Positions 39,721 to 51,190 of a stretch of 64,000 nt of DNA are shown here, piece after piece. The translations under genes were made by a program, and so were the position numbers. The stretch covers positions 248,001 to 312,000 of the forward strand of contig NW_027361991.1 of assembly GCF_039654945.1 (NCBI RefSeq), read 5' to 3'. Source of the stretch: Dendrobates tinctorius (lineage: Eukaryota). The stretch's first letter is position 1, and every line of letters starts with the position of its first letter. The notes beneath the pieces were generated by a model. The model made no database searches, was not told the DNA's origin, and saw only the letters and a program-made list of their open reading frames with translations.

Positions 39721-41612
39721 TAGAGATGAGCGGTGTTCGAGTCGAACTGTTCGCCTAGTTCAAATTCGAGCTGTTTTGGGCGGTATTCGAGCCGTTCGTC
39801 GAACTCGAACACTTTGCTTAAAATTCGGCTGTTTGAGGTTCCGGTCGAGAACGGTTCGTTCTCCAAAAGCGTAACTTTATTTTCACATTAATAATGGTTT
39901 TCAATGTTAATAGACAGTTTCATGGCATAGTAGCGGTGTCTGGTAGCCAGCGGTGTAGTACACCTGTCAAGGAGCTACACCGTGTGTGTTTCTAATAATT
40001 TTTTACCGCATCTTGTCCAGAAAATCCTTTTGGGCCTTGTAGCACTGTCTGCTACACCGCAGAGGAGCCCACCCATGAACCTAGCTATGCCACCTGTTTA
40101 TGAAAGAACCAGTTTTTGACAGCATTTAGCCCAGTTAATACTTTGGGCCTAGTAACTGTGTCTGCTACTCAGCAGAGGAGCCCACCCGTGAACCAAGCTT
40201 TGCCGCCTGTTTATGTAAGAACTATTTTTTAACTCCATTTAGCCCAGTGAATACTTTGGGCCTAGTACCTGTGTCTACTGCTCAGCAGGGGAGCCCATCC
40301 GTGAACCTAGCTATGCCGCCTGTTTATGTAAGCACTGCTACTCTGCAGAGTTACCCACCCGTGAACCAAGCTGTGCCGCCTGTTTATGTAAGAACCATTT
40401 TTTAACTCCATTTAGCCCAGTGAATACTTTGAGCCTAGTACCTGTGTCTACTGCTCAGCAGAGGAGCCCACCCGTGAACCTAGCTATGCCGCCTGTTTAT
40501 CTAAGCACTGTCTGCTACTCAGCAGAGTTGCCCACCCGTGAACCAAGCTATGCCGCCTGTTTATGCAAGAACTGTGTGCTACTCAGCAGAGGAGCCCAGC
40601 TGTTAAGCAAGCTACAGCACCTGTGGTTTGGACACTTCATTTTTTCACATTCTTTCTGGAATGCCGGTTAGGCCTAATTCCGGAATTCTGGTTGACCTGC
40701 ACTTACTGGGAAATCCTCGTTCGCGGGGAAGAATTGGAATCCCAGATCCCCATCACTAACGGGGTTCAGCGGGTTATCCGCACCTGTAAGCGACACACGC
40801 TGGTCCTTTCAGTGTAGCGCGCGTGCAGCCTCGGACATGTAAGGGCATGACAGACCTGTTATTGCCGCATCTCGCGTGCCAGAGCCTCGCGTGTCCCTCT
40901 AGTAAGCTGGACGCGGACCGCGGGGGCATGCCGGAGTCTCGTTCGTTAACGGAATAAAGCTGACAAATCGCTCGCACAACTAAAAAAGGCCATGCACCAC
41001 CACCCACAGAATTGAGAAAGCTTGCAATCTGTCCATCCTTCCCGTGGCTGGCATGGTTGAGGTTGCCCGTGTGGAGTCCAATTAAGCCGCAGGCTCCACT
41101 CCTGGTGGTGCCCTTGTGGACATTCCTTTAAGGTTCAGCTTTGCAACCATACTGCCCCCTGAAACCAAACACTTTGCCTTCATGGACGCTGTTCGGAGGG
41201 TCGTGGGAATAACGCAGCCCGATCGGCAGTTGGCATAATTTATAGTGGGAAGTCCGACGGTATATGATCGTCTTCGATTTTAGAATTTTTAGAATTTTTT
41301 TTTATTTTAGATTTTTATTCCAGTCTTTCTTGACTTTATAAGGGCATGACATGCATATATCTGTGTCTCCTCCTCCTCCTTTTACTCCTCCACCTCTTTT
41401 CTATATGTAGTTGCCCTTTTCCATATGTTATTTGTGTCTTCTGAGCATTTTGTCTGCTTTGGGACACCTTTTGAGGTGTTTTGTATGTGTTTTCTATGTG
41501 TTTGTGTTTGCCTGCCATTGTTTTCAATGGGTTTCGACGGACATTCGACGAACTTGCCTCCTGTTCGACGAACCAAACCGAATTCGAACACTAGCGGAGT
41601 GGCTCAACACTA
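39721..41612. mobile_element. Non-autonomous hAT element carrying a captured 18S rRNA fragment
   Basis: Termini TAGAGATGAGC... / ...GCTCAACACTA. Perfect 8-bp TSD CTCCTGAT at 39713-39720 and 41613-41620. TTCGA/TCGAA subterminal motifs and an internal minisatellite at ~40030-40600. Confidence 0.9.
40693..41277 (-). pseudogene. 18S rRNA-derived fragment (diverged, non-functional)
   Basis: Minus strand reads TCGAAGACGATCATATACCGTCG...AGTATGGTTGCAAAGCTGAACCTTAAAGGAAT...GGGCACCACCAGGAGTGGAGCCTGCGGCTTAATT...GGTGGTGGTGCATGGCC...TAACGAACGAGACTC...GCAATAACAGGTCTGTCATGCCCTTA...CCCAGTAAGTGCAGGTCA. These are conserved eukaryotic SSU rRNA motifs from the central to 3' major domain. Confidence 0.93.
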
Positions 41613-42309
41613 CTCCTGATACATAGACTTACATTTTTAATCTTTAAACTATACTATATATACCTGGCATCTGGTGATACTGTACCCTTTCTGCCAGGAA
41701 GTCCTCCTCCACCCACCACTCTAAGTGTATCATTGACACCTGGAACATTGGCCCACATGTGTGATTATTTCTTGCGGATCTTTTTATATTGTGGTGTGAT
41801 CCATCCTGAGCGTGTGACAGTCTGTGGGTTACTCCTGTAATTTATATGTAGATTTAAAAATTACCCCAACACTGTATACAGCTCTACGCTTGTGATACAT
41901 TACCCATTTACTGCTTTTTATATTCTGGTCTAATCCAAACTGACCAAGTGAGAGTCTGTTTCTGACTCTGGAAATAAATACTGAGATTGACAACGACCCC
42001 TACACTGTATACAGCTGTACGCTTCAGATCCATTACCGTTTTACGGCTTTTTATATTGTGTTGTAATCCTTACTGAGCCTGAGAGCGTCTGTGTCTGCCT
42101 CCTGAAATATATACAGAGATTTAGAATGTTTAAACTATACTATATATACCTGCTATCTGATGATACTGTACCCTTTTTCTACTTTTTATATTCTTGTATA
42201 ATCCATACTGAGCCTGTGAGCGTCTCTGTGTGACTCATGAAATATATACGGAGATTTGCAATTATCCTTTGACTGTATACAGCTGTACGCTTCTGATACA
42301 GTACCATAT

Positions 42310-44000
42310 ATCTGATGTTATTTTGGGTACATTTTCTCCAAAATTTGGAAGAATGGTGGAAGAGGCCGTGGACGACGTGGGCGTGGGGGGGCCAGCTGGT
42401 ACTGATGGTGGTGGTGCATCTGCTGGTAGTGGCAAAAGCACAATAGCACCTAAGGCAGGAGGTGTTGAGCCTGTGTCATGGTCTGGCTCCGGAAGGCCTG
42501 GAAGGCTACCTTTTCTGGGAGTAGGTTAACCGCTTTTAAAGCCGGAGCATCAGGAACTGGTTTTGGCTTACATTGCCGAAACAAACTCCAGCTAATATGC
42601 CCTCCTCTTCTGAAGTTTCAAAAAATGCAAGCACTGAGTCATCAAGTGCTGGCTCCTGGTCAGGAAGAACCCCTTTCCTTGTGTCCTTCACCCCCACCAA
42701 AAGTGAATGATGCAGCAGGCCACACTTCACATTAGTCCATGTAGCTCTTTCTCACATACCATGCCTGGGTTATCAAGTCAAATCGTGAATTCCCTAGTCC
42801 AAGATGAATCTGACATGGAGTGTGGATGGCCAGCCAGGGCAGTGGGGGTTAATCAGTACCAGGCCGGTGTCTCAGAGGGATGTGGCACAGTGGTGATGAC
42901 CCGGTCCGTGGTCCTGGGCGTCCATGAAAAGGGGTGAATAACATTTATAGGTGAATGATACGTGACGCCACCTCTGGTTTCTGATCAGATTGACCAGCGC
43001 TGCAGTGTCACTTCTCTGGGACAGATGGTGTGGTGCAGCTAAGATGTAGAAGCCCTGCACAGGTAGGGCCGTAGTCGCAGGGCAGATGAAAGAGTTGGTA
43101 GATGGTGTGCAGTGCAGGATGTAGCAGAGCCGTGCGCCAGGCGCAGGAGAAAGATGACAGACACAGTCGTGCAGTTCCTTTACCTGTACTTGCTAAGTGC
43201 CGTCCAGGACCCAGAGTACAGATGGAGAAGGAGTTGGTCAGCCTGGAAGCAAATTAGGAATTCTCTCTCTGCAGATAGGTAGTGTGGCCTCCGTTCTAGC
43301 GCTTATCTGAGGTACTCGCAGTACTGAGCTCACTGAAGTTCCCCCTGTTGACTCTCTTTTGGAACTTTCTCATATGGCAGGCAGCCGTAGCCTTTTCCTT
43401 CTGGCTCACACACGTCGCTGCTGGGGCCTCCGAGCCTTAGTTGGGAACAGAACATTTACAGCTGCTACTTCCTCCGGTTTCTGCTGCAGGACCGTCAGTG
43501 TCCCTACAAACTCGGAGACCAGAATCCGGACCATGCACTGCAGCTAGGAGTGAGCCTTAACTCTGCTCACCCTCCAGCTCCCCTTCTCACGTCCACACAC
43601 TTCCCCTTCCCTTCACAGACTGCCCTAACTTCCCTCCTCCCGACCACAGAGAGCAGCTCCTCAGCAGTCAGGTTCAGAGCTTTCCCTGCTGGCCTGGAGT
43701 GGGAACTGTGTTGTGTGTTGGTTTAACTGCTAGAGAGATCCTTCATTGCTCCCAAGCATGACATCACACTCCCTAGGAGGAAGGTAATGCCACTGTGGCG
43801 ACCGTACTCCTGGGGGCGCCACAAGTGCACTGATGCCCAGCCACTGCTAGATGATTCTGCTGGTACATTGACTCAGACCCCTACATTCCCCTCGCACCCT
43901 ACACAGCCAGAATCTGACCCTGATGAAACTCACGTTCCCCTTCTCGCATACTATACCACCTTACACGGTGACAAAGAGGAAGGTGCAGATGAAAGTGCAG
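42310..44000 (+). pseudogene. Second, internally deleted hAT transposase N-terminal relic, split by a solo LTR
   Basis: GGPAGTDGGGASAGSGKSTIAPKAGGVEP...FLGVG, HTMPGLSS...QDESDMEC and CTDAQPLLDDSAGT...HGDKEEGA align with the N-terminus of the intact transposase. Confidence 0.85.
42823..43823. mobile_element. Solo LTR (~1.0 kb, Gypsy-type)
   Basis: Termini TG...GGGGCGCCACA with 4-bp TSD AGTG (42819-42822 / 43824-43827). It interrupts GACATGGAGTGCACTGATG, which is contiguous in the intact transposase (~61810-61830). Confidence 0.8.
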
Positions 44001-46679
44001 GTTCCTTGAGCAGGTGGGGGGCATACTCATGGGTGACGGCACTGGCACAGGGCCCCTCATAGTACGCAAAAGTGTCTCTGCCGGTGTCAGACACACCGCC
44101 GTACTATGAGGGGCCCTGTGCCAGTGTCGTCGCCAATGAGTGGCCCCCCCCACGCTTGCTCAGGATCACAGCACTTGCAAAGTTGAAATACTTACCTCTC
44201 CCTGCTCCACCGCCATGACATCTTCCGCGTTTCCTGACAGTGACATTCTGGTCAGAGAGCGCGATGGCATCACGTCTGTACGCCCTCTGCCTAAACAGTC
44301 CAGGTGCAGAGAGATGGAAGATGGGAACGACGAGGAGTCCAGACTAGTACAGGGATTCCCTAGCGAGGAGACTTATTTAATTGTTTTAAAGGTTGGGAGC
44401 AATTTTTGGGGAGCACTATACTCTGGAGAATGATATATGGGGCCCACCATACACTGGAGCATTCCCAAGGTGGACATCAGACACTGGAGCAGCATTTACA
44501 GGGCACTTTATACACTAGAGCATTAGAAATGGGGCCCATTATATATGGAGCATTATTTGGGCCCATAAGACAGTGGAGCTTCATCCATTGGGACCAACAT
44601 ATACTGTAGCATTATGTGGAGCTCATCATATACTGTATCGAACATTATATGGGACCAATGATTCTGTATGGAGAAATATATGGGCCTCATTACTCTGTAT
44701 GGCGCACTAAGCGCTGGCCATAATACTGTATGGAGGAATATACTGTCCATTTTTGGAGCTACTGGAGAATTTAAAATGGATATCAGTCATGAGATGTAAG
44801 AAGTGAAGTATTTTTCATTGTACTATACCGCTATTTCTCTGCCGTATCAGAGCATCATGAATTGTGGTATGTGTTAAAGAAGCCCAGTGACACTCTTTGG
44901 CCCTGGGCCCACGAAACCTGGAGCCAGCCCTACCCCCCCCCCACAACTTTAGCCAAATAACCCCCCCATTTTCAATGCCTAACTATTATTATAAAGTAAA
45001 TTAAGGTTGACAAGCTTAAGTAATAAGAATTGATGTTTTTGGCATTTAAATGGGCACTGTAGGTGTGTTTCCTGTCCTCCACTCACTGCCGACCATGGTT
45101 CCCCATTGACTTGCATTGGGTTTCGTGTTTCAGTCGGCCTTCGACTTTTCCCGATAGTCGGCCGATTGCGTTCGACCCGACTTTTGCGAAAGTCTAGTTT
45201 CGTGACACTCGACCCGAAAAAAGGCAAAGTCGCTCATCTCTAGTGACGTCTCCTCACTCTATACTTGCATTCCCCAACATATAGCAGTTCTGGCCATCCA
45301 ACATCATTTAGACAGGTATAGTGTATATACAGCCGAATTAAAGGAATACATAAAATCTACACTCTCTTTTCTACTCCAACATAATTATTTTATGTTCAAT
45401 GGAAAGTTTTTCTTACAAATTAGTGGAGTGGCAATGGGGTTCAGATTTTCACCGACTGTAGCCAATCTAACTATGGCATGGTGGGAGGAGCGCTATGTGT
45501 ACACGTCTTGCAATCCTTTTTCTTTGTCTATAAAATTATATGCCAGGTTATATGATATAATTATTGTTTGGGCGGGGGAGACTTCAGAGATTAAAAATTT
45601 TATTTTTTATTTAAATGTTAACCAGTTCAATCTCCATTTCACATGTAATCATCACCGTGAGAAAATCACTTTTTTGGATTTAGAACTTAATGGTATAGAT
45701 GGCTGTGGTATTGTCAGCAAAACTTACAGGAAATCTACTGCTGGCAATACAATACTTGATGCGCGCTCTTTTCATCCTTCTCATGTAACCAAAGCAATTC
45801 CTGTAGGCGAATTTTTTAGAGCAAAAAGAAGCTGCAGCTCTGCTGTAGGTTTTCATAATGAGCCTGAAAACATCAAACAGCGCCTCTCTAAACGACACTA
45901 TCCCAACTGGAGTCTGAACAGGGCACACAGAATCGCTGACAAGAAGGATAGGACAGATTTACTTAATAAAGTAAAAATTCCAGCAACAGATAATTCCAAC
46001 AAGATTCCAACTTTAGTTGTGACACACAGTTCATATTTTAAGTCCATTTCCCAAATAGTGCAGCGCAACCTACACATTTTATATGATGACCCAGTAATCA
46101 CAGACATTCTGAAAGATGGTATTAAAATAGTGCCAAGGAAAGCAAAAACCTTAGGAAATGCATTGTCACCTAGCTTACATGTAACTTAAGATAATAGGCC
46201 CACATCACAGACATGGCTATCCCTCAAAGGTTTTTCCAAATGCGGTCAGTCTCCGTGTAAAGCCTGTACGGTAGCTTTCAAAACCAACCATTTTTACAAC
46301 CATGATCACAGCAGAAAATTCAGTATTCAGAGCTTCCTAAACTGTAACAGTGACCACGTGGTATATATGATGGAATGTTCGATTTGCAACCTTAAATATG
46401 TTGGTTCTACCATCCGTAAGCTCAAGACAAGAATCAGAGAACATCTTTATGACATTGAGAAGTCCACTGACAGAAATATGTCACATGTACCTAAACACTT
46501 TATTGAGTGTCATAATCGCAGCAAAACAGGCTTACGAGTTTATGCTATCGATCGTATAACCCAAACACATTCGAGGCGGCAATCACACTGATGCGGTACG
46601 TAACAAAGAAGCATACTGGATTTTTTTGCTGAGCACATATGCCCCCACAGGGTTAAATCTCAGACGAGAAGTTATGCTG

Positions 46680-47477
46680 CGTGACATCGGCGGTCGTGCC
46701 CGCCGATGCCCCATCAGCGGCGGCACCCGACGCAGCCTCCTCTCACCTGCGCGCCTCGATCCGCGCGCCAGTCCTGTCTTCCATCCTGCTGCGGTCGCAC
46801 GCACCGGCCCGTCCTCGTCATCTGGCGGTGGGCGTCACTGAAGGGCTGGGCTTGGGAAGCACTTCCTGGCGCTAAGGTACTTCAGGCTTCCTCCCTAGGA
46901 GGAGGATGCCTGGTGAGTGTGTGGAACTCCCGCACTGTTCTAGCCGTATTCTTCCTGTCTAGTGCTACTACTCGGTGCTCGTCTCTGCCCCTGTTCCTGT
47001 GTTGTTTCCGACCTTCCTGCCTGCCTCTGTTCCTCCTGTCCGTTCGGTCCTCACTGTCTGTCCCTACCTTCCTTCTGTTGTTCATTTCCCCTGGTCCATC
47101 TCCTGCCTTCCTGGTCTCCCTTTCATACACCCGTCCGGATATATATACATAACCCCCCTGGGGTTTCCTCGTCTGCCCTCCTCTCCTCTGTGCCTCGTCC
47201 TGTTGCCCCTACAGGCATTTCTGCAGGGTTCCTTCTTCCTCTGATACTCTCATCTAGGTACCCTTGTCTCTGTCTGTATTCCCTGTCCCTCCTCTTGCCT
47301 TGCTTCTCCTTGAGCCGTCCCTCTTGGTATCGGCTGTCGCGGTTCTGACCTCTGTGGTCTTGCCCCTAACGATCCCTGTACGGGGGTTGGTCATCACCTG
47401 GTGCGCTCGGCCCAGGGGCTCCAGATTCGCGATCCAGAGGGTCCACTCTCGGACGTAGTCTGCTCCTGAGCGTCACA
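46680..47477. mobile_element. LTR-like insertion (~0.8 kb) in the last codons of the Penelope ORF
   Basis: Termini CGTGAC...GTCACA with TSD TGCTG (alternatively ATGCTGC if the termini are shifted). Removing it restores GTTATGCTGCATTATTAG (VMLHY*). Confidence 0.75.
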
Positions 47478-47551
47478 TGCTGCATTATTAGCAAAGGAAG
47501 AGAAAAGGAGAGGAGGGAAGAAAGTAGGAAAGATATATATATATATATATA

Positions 47552-49156
47552 CAGTGGGGAAAAAAAGTATTTAGTCAGTCAGCAATAGTGCAAGTTCCAC
47601 CACTTAAAAAGATGAGAGGCGTCTGTAATTTACATCATAGGTAGACCTCAACTATGGGAGACAAACTGAGAAAAAAAAATCCATAAAATCACATTGTCTG
47701 TTTTTTTTTCATTTTATTTGCATATTATGGTGGAAAATAAGTATTTGGTCAGAAACAAAATTTCATCTCAATACTTTGTGATATATCCTTTGTTGGCAAT
47801 GACAGAGGTCAAACGTTTTCTGTAAGTCTTCACAAGGTTGCCACACACTGTTGTTGGTATGTTGGCCCATTCCTCCATGCAGATCTCCTCTAGAGCAGTG
47901 ATGTTTTTGGCTTTTCGCTTGGCAACACGGACTTTCAACTCCCTCCAAAGGTTTTCTATAGGGTTGAGATCTGGAGACTGGCTAGGCCACTCCAGGACCT
48001 TGAAATGCTTCTTACGAAGCCACTCCTTCGTTGCCCTGGCGGTGTGCTTTGGATCATTGTCATGTTGAAAGACCCAGCCACGTTTCATATTCAATGCCCT
48101 TGCTGATGGAAGGAGGTTTGCACTCAAAATCTCACGATACATGGCCCCATTCATTCTTTCATGTACCCGGATCAGTCGTCCTGGCCCCTTTGCAGAGAAA
48201 CAGCCCCAAAGCATGATGCTTCCACCACCATGCTTTACAGTAGGTATGGTGTTTGATGGATGCAACTCAGTATTCTTTTTCCTCCAAACACGACAAGTTG
48301 TGTTTCTACCAAACAGTTCCAGTTTGGTTTCATCAGACCATAGGACATTCTCCCAAAACTCATCTGGATCATCCAAATGCTCTCTAGCAAACTTCAGACG
48401 GGCCCGGACATGTACAGGCTTAAGCAGTGGGACACGTCTGGCACTGCAGGATCTGAGTCCATGGTGGCGTAGTGTGTTACTTATGGTAGGCCTTGTTACA
48501 TTGGTCCCAGCTCTCTGCAGTTCATTCACTAGGTCCCCCCGCGTGGTTCTGGGATTTTTGCTCACCGTTCTTGTGATCATTCTGACCCCACGGGGTGGGA
48601 TTTTGCATGGAGCACCAGATCGAGGGAGATTATCAATGGTCTTGTATGTCTTCCATTTTCTAATTATTGCTCCCACAGTTGATTTCTTCACTCCAAGCTG
48701 GTTGGCTATTGCAGATTCAGTCTTCCCAGCCTGGTGCAGGGCTACAATTTTGTTTCTGGTGTCCTTTGACAGCTCTTTGGTCTTCAGCATAGTGGAGTTT
48801 GGAGTCAGACTGTTTGAGGGTGTGCACAGGTGTCTTTTTATACTGATAACAAGTTTAAACAGGTGCCATTACTACAGGTAATGAGTGGAGGAAAGAGGAG
48901 ACTCTTAAAGAAGAAGTTACAGGTCTGTGAGAGCCAGAAATCTTGATTGCTTGTTTCTGACCAAATACTTATTTTCCACCATAATATGCAAATAAAATGA
49001 AAAAAAACAGACAATGTGATTTTCTGGATTTTTTTTTCTCAGTTTGTCTCCCATAGTTGAGGTCTACCTATGATGTAAATTACAGACGCCTCTCATCTTT
49101 TTAAGTGGTGGAACTTGCACTATTGCTGACTGACTAAATACTTTTTTTCCCCACTG
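47552..49156 (-). mobile_element. Full-length Tc1 (IR/DR type) DNA transposon
   Basis: Near-identical ~206-bp TIRs starting CAGTGGGGAAAAAAAGTATTTAGTCAG, inner and outer direct repeats AAGTATTT(A/G)GTCAG, TA flanks within a (TA)n run. Confidence 0.97.
47768..48790 (-). CDS. Tc1-family DD34E transposase, 340 aa, intact
   Basis: Paired-like HTH N-terminus, GAPCK at the GRPRK position, [14 protein letters not shown] and [11 protein letters not shown], with 34 residues between the second D and the E. Confidence 0.95.
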   Translation of the reverse strand: MLKTKELSKDTRNKIVALHQAGKTESAIANQLGVKKSTVGAIIRKWKTYKTIDNLPRSGAPCKIPPRGVRMITRTVSKNPRTTRGDLVNELQRAGTNVTRPTISNTLRHHGLRSCSARRVPLLKPVHVRARLKFAREHLDDPDEFWENVLWSDETKLELFGRNTTCRVWRKKNTELHPSNTIPTVKHGGGSIMLWGCFSAKGPGRLIRVHERMNGAMYREILSANLLPSARALNMKRGWVFQHDNDPKHTARATKEWLRKKHFKVLEWPSQSPDLNPIENLWRELKVRVAKRKAKNITALEEICMEEWANIPTTVCGNLVKTYRKRLTSVIANKGYITKY

Positions 49157-50041
49157 TATATATACAGTACATATATGTTTCAATTTTCAGCAAAAAATTT
49201 TCTTTTTGTTTTGCTAATTTAAAATGGTTGTTTCCTATTGTGAAAAATATTGGTATTGTTGCAGTACAGGTTATTATCATCCTCTTTTTGGTGATTTTTT
49301 TCCAGATCAAATTATATACATACATTTTTATGATACATATCAATTATATTTTGAATTTTTTGTAATATATCTTTACTTGTCTTTAAACAGTTTACTGCGC
49401 TGCTTGCAATTGTGCATCTTGCTCCTTTGTCATTGTCGGTTTCCTTATACCTCCCCATGTGTTTTGTGTTTCCTCATTAGCGCATTAGTATATTTTAATC
49501 CTTGTTTGTATTTCACTTTGTAACCAGTGTTCAAGATCCGTGTTGCTCGAAACGCGTATGGTCTCTTTACACACCACCCCCTGTCATTGCTGTGCCATCT
49601 GAGATGTCTGTTTTGTCATTTTGAATTTTTTAAGGATCATCCAATAAAAATTTTCTAATTTTTAAATAAGCCCTGTGAGTGAGCTGGATCCACTTCTATC
49701 TTTCCTATTGTACAATATCTACATTTAGCTATATCACGTCCTTGTTGATGTTGGTGCATAGTTGTAAGCTTGTTTCCACCTGCATAGCTTAATGTTCCTT
49801 CCATTGTGTTCCATTCCATAAATATGCAGCCATTGAATTGTAAAAAACAAAATTGACCCCAAATTTTTGTCAAAGTGGTCAGATCACAATTATCCAGAAT
49901 TATATTCCTATTGACATGTTTTTAAGGGAGTGTGTGAAATATGATTAATTCTACAGAATTTCCACCGTCATCGCTATCTGGACTGTTGGGTGGACACTAC
50001 CTAATGATAAACTATTTATAATTCATATTTGACTTTGACAG

Positions 50042-50187
50042 GAATGGGAGTATCATAGTGGACCATAAAGTGATTGTGGAAATTCAATATATGGAAAATG
50101 CTAGTGTGACAGAACAATATGAACACATTTTTGAGCAAGTTAAGGAAAAGGTGGAAATTGTAAAGAATACTAACTGCACAGACACAA
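50042..50187 (+). CDS. Mucin exon: SEA domain, part 3, with GSIIV autoproteolysis motif
   Basis: Acceptor tttgactttgacAG|, donor ACAA|GTGAGT, phase 2-1. Translates (R)NGSIIVDHKVIVEIQYMENASVTEQYEHIFEQVKEKVEIVKNTNCTDT. Confidence 0.9.
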
Positions 50188-50420
50188 GTGAGTACATCAA
50201 TGTCTTCATCACTGTTCTTAAAATAATACTTGTGTCAAACATGTAAATAAGCTCCTCATCTAAACTTGTCAGGTTACATTTCAAAAACAGGAAAACTGGG
50301 TCAAAATGCATATAAATGTCGTACCAATCTGCATGTATTGTGCTCACTGTTGTGTGTGGCACAAGGATACAACATCTGTGATGAGCTAGTGATGTGTCAA
50401 CTTTCCACAAGTGTCTTCAA

Positions 50421-50879
50421 AGAGGACCTTTCGCCAAATATGTCATGTTGAACTGGACAAAGGTTGTAATGGTGGCTACAGAGTGGAATAAAACTTGTTT
50501 CATTTTTTTTATTTCACCTCTACATTGAGGAGATATTAGTAATCAAAGTATTTCGCACCTAGTGAGTTGAATTTTCTTAAGGCCAAGTGGGTGTTATTAT
50601 AAACTTATCCCTGTGAGTGTATACTCTCCCTGTATGAGTTGCCCAATCGTATGCAGGCAGAAACACGCAGGAGAAAGAAGTACACGCCCCCAGTGAAAGC
50701 TATCTGATAACACTCACATTGACTAAACAAAAGTTAACTCATTAGGTGTCAAATATTTTGATTGCTAATATCTCCACAGCAGAGAGGTAAAATTTTAAAA
50801 ATATATGTTTTATTCCAATCTGCAGCTGCTTTTACATTTTGTAGCGGTTCAACAAGAAACACTTGTTGAGAGGGTCTCT
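50421..50879. mobile_element. T2/Kolobok-type palindromic MITE (degenerate)
   Basis: TCAA-AGAGGACC...GGGTCTCT-TTAA with internal inverted symmetry (GGAATAAAAC/GTTTTATTCC, GGAGATATTAG/CTAATATCTCC). Confidence 0.65.
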
Positions 50880-51190
50880 TTAAGAAGCCCATTTTTTCAT
50901 GATAACTTTTGTTATTTTTCATCATACACCAGAAAATGATGAGACAAAACACAGGCTAAATGTAGAGTGATGATACAGATAGGTTCACCCTCATTTTTGT
51001 TGAAAACTGTAAAAAAAAAACCAAAAAACTGTTTGCGCTGCTATTACTGGCAGTCACAAGATAATTTTTTGTCAAGTGACAGTTGCAACCAGTGAGTGGC
51101 CGCTCATCAGCTGCGTTTAGTCAATGTTCCGTCAGAGCGGACATCCCCGCTCTAATAAAATAGTAAAGGCTACAGCTGATGATTGGCCAT

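Larger units (their letters stand above)
36566..45242 (+). mobile_element. Composite hAT transposon, copy A (5' end lost)
   Basis: Order: transposase relic, 3' region, Gypsy IN fragment, degenerate tandem repeats, nested 18S-hAT, second transposase relic with solo LTR, 3' arm ending GTCGCTCATCTCTA (45242). The same order appears inverted in copy B. Confidence 0.75.
45300..49700 (+). mobile_element. 5'-truncated Penelope-like retroelement (RT C-terminal half, Cys-rich linker, GIY-YIG), disrupted by two insertions
   Basis: FNGKFFLQISGVAMG...PTVANL...FLDLEL...YRKSTAGNTIL..SFHP (45392-46189), linker CGQSPCKAC, then VVYMMECSICNLKYVGSTIRKLKTRIREH. YxDD is mutated and the frame is broken. The C-terminus REVMLHY* is split by an LTR-like insert, and the tail has CGAAACGCGTA at ~49548. 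Confidence 0.88.

Noticed and set aside
40693-41277. Functional rRNA gene or rDNA unit (also 54715-55194)
   Set aside because: Partial, heavily substituted at conserved positions, with no ITS, 5.8S or 28S, and embedded in a transposon.
46583-47458. Overlapping GC-rich ORFs
   Set aside because: They lie within a non-coding LTR-like insertion and have no recognisable motifs.
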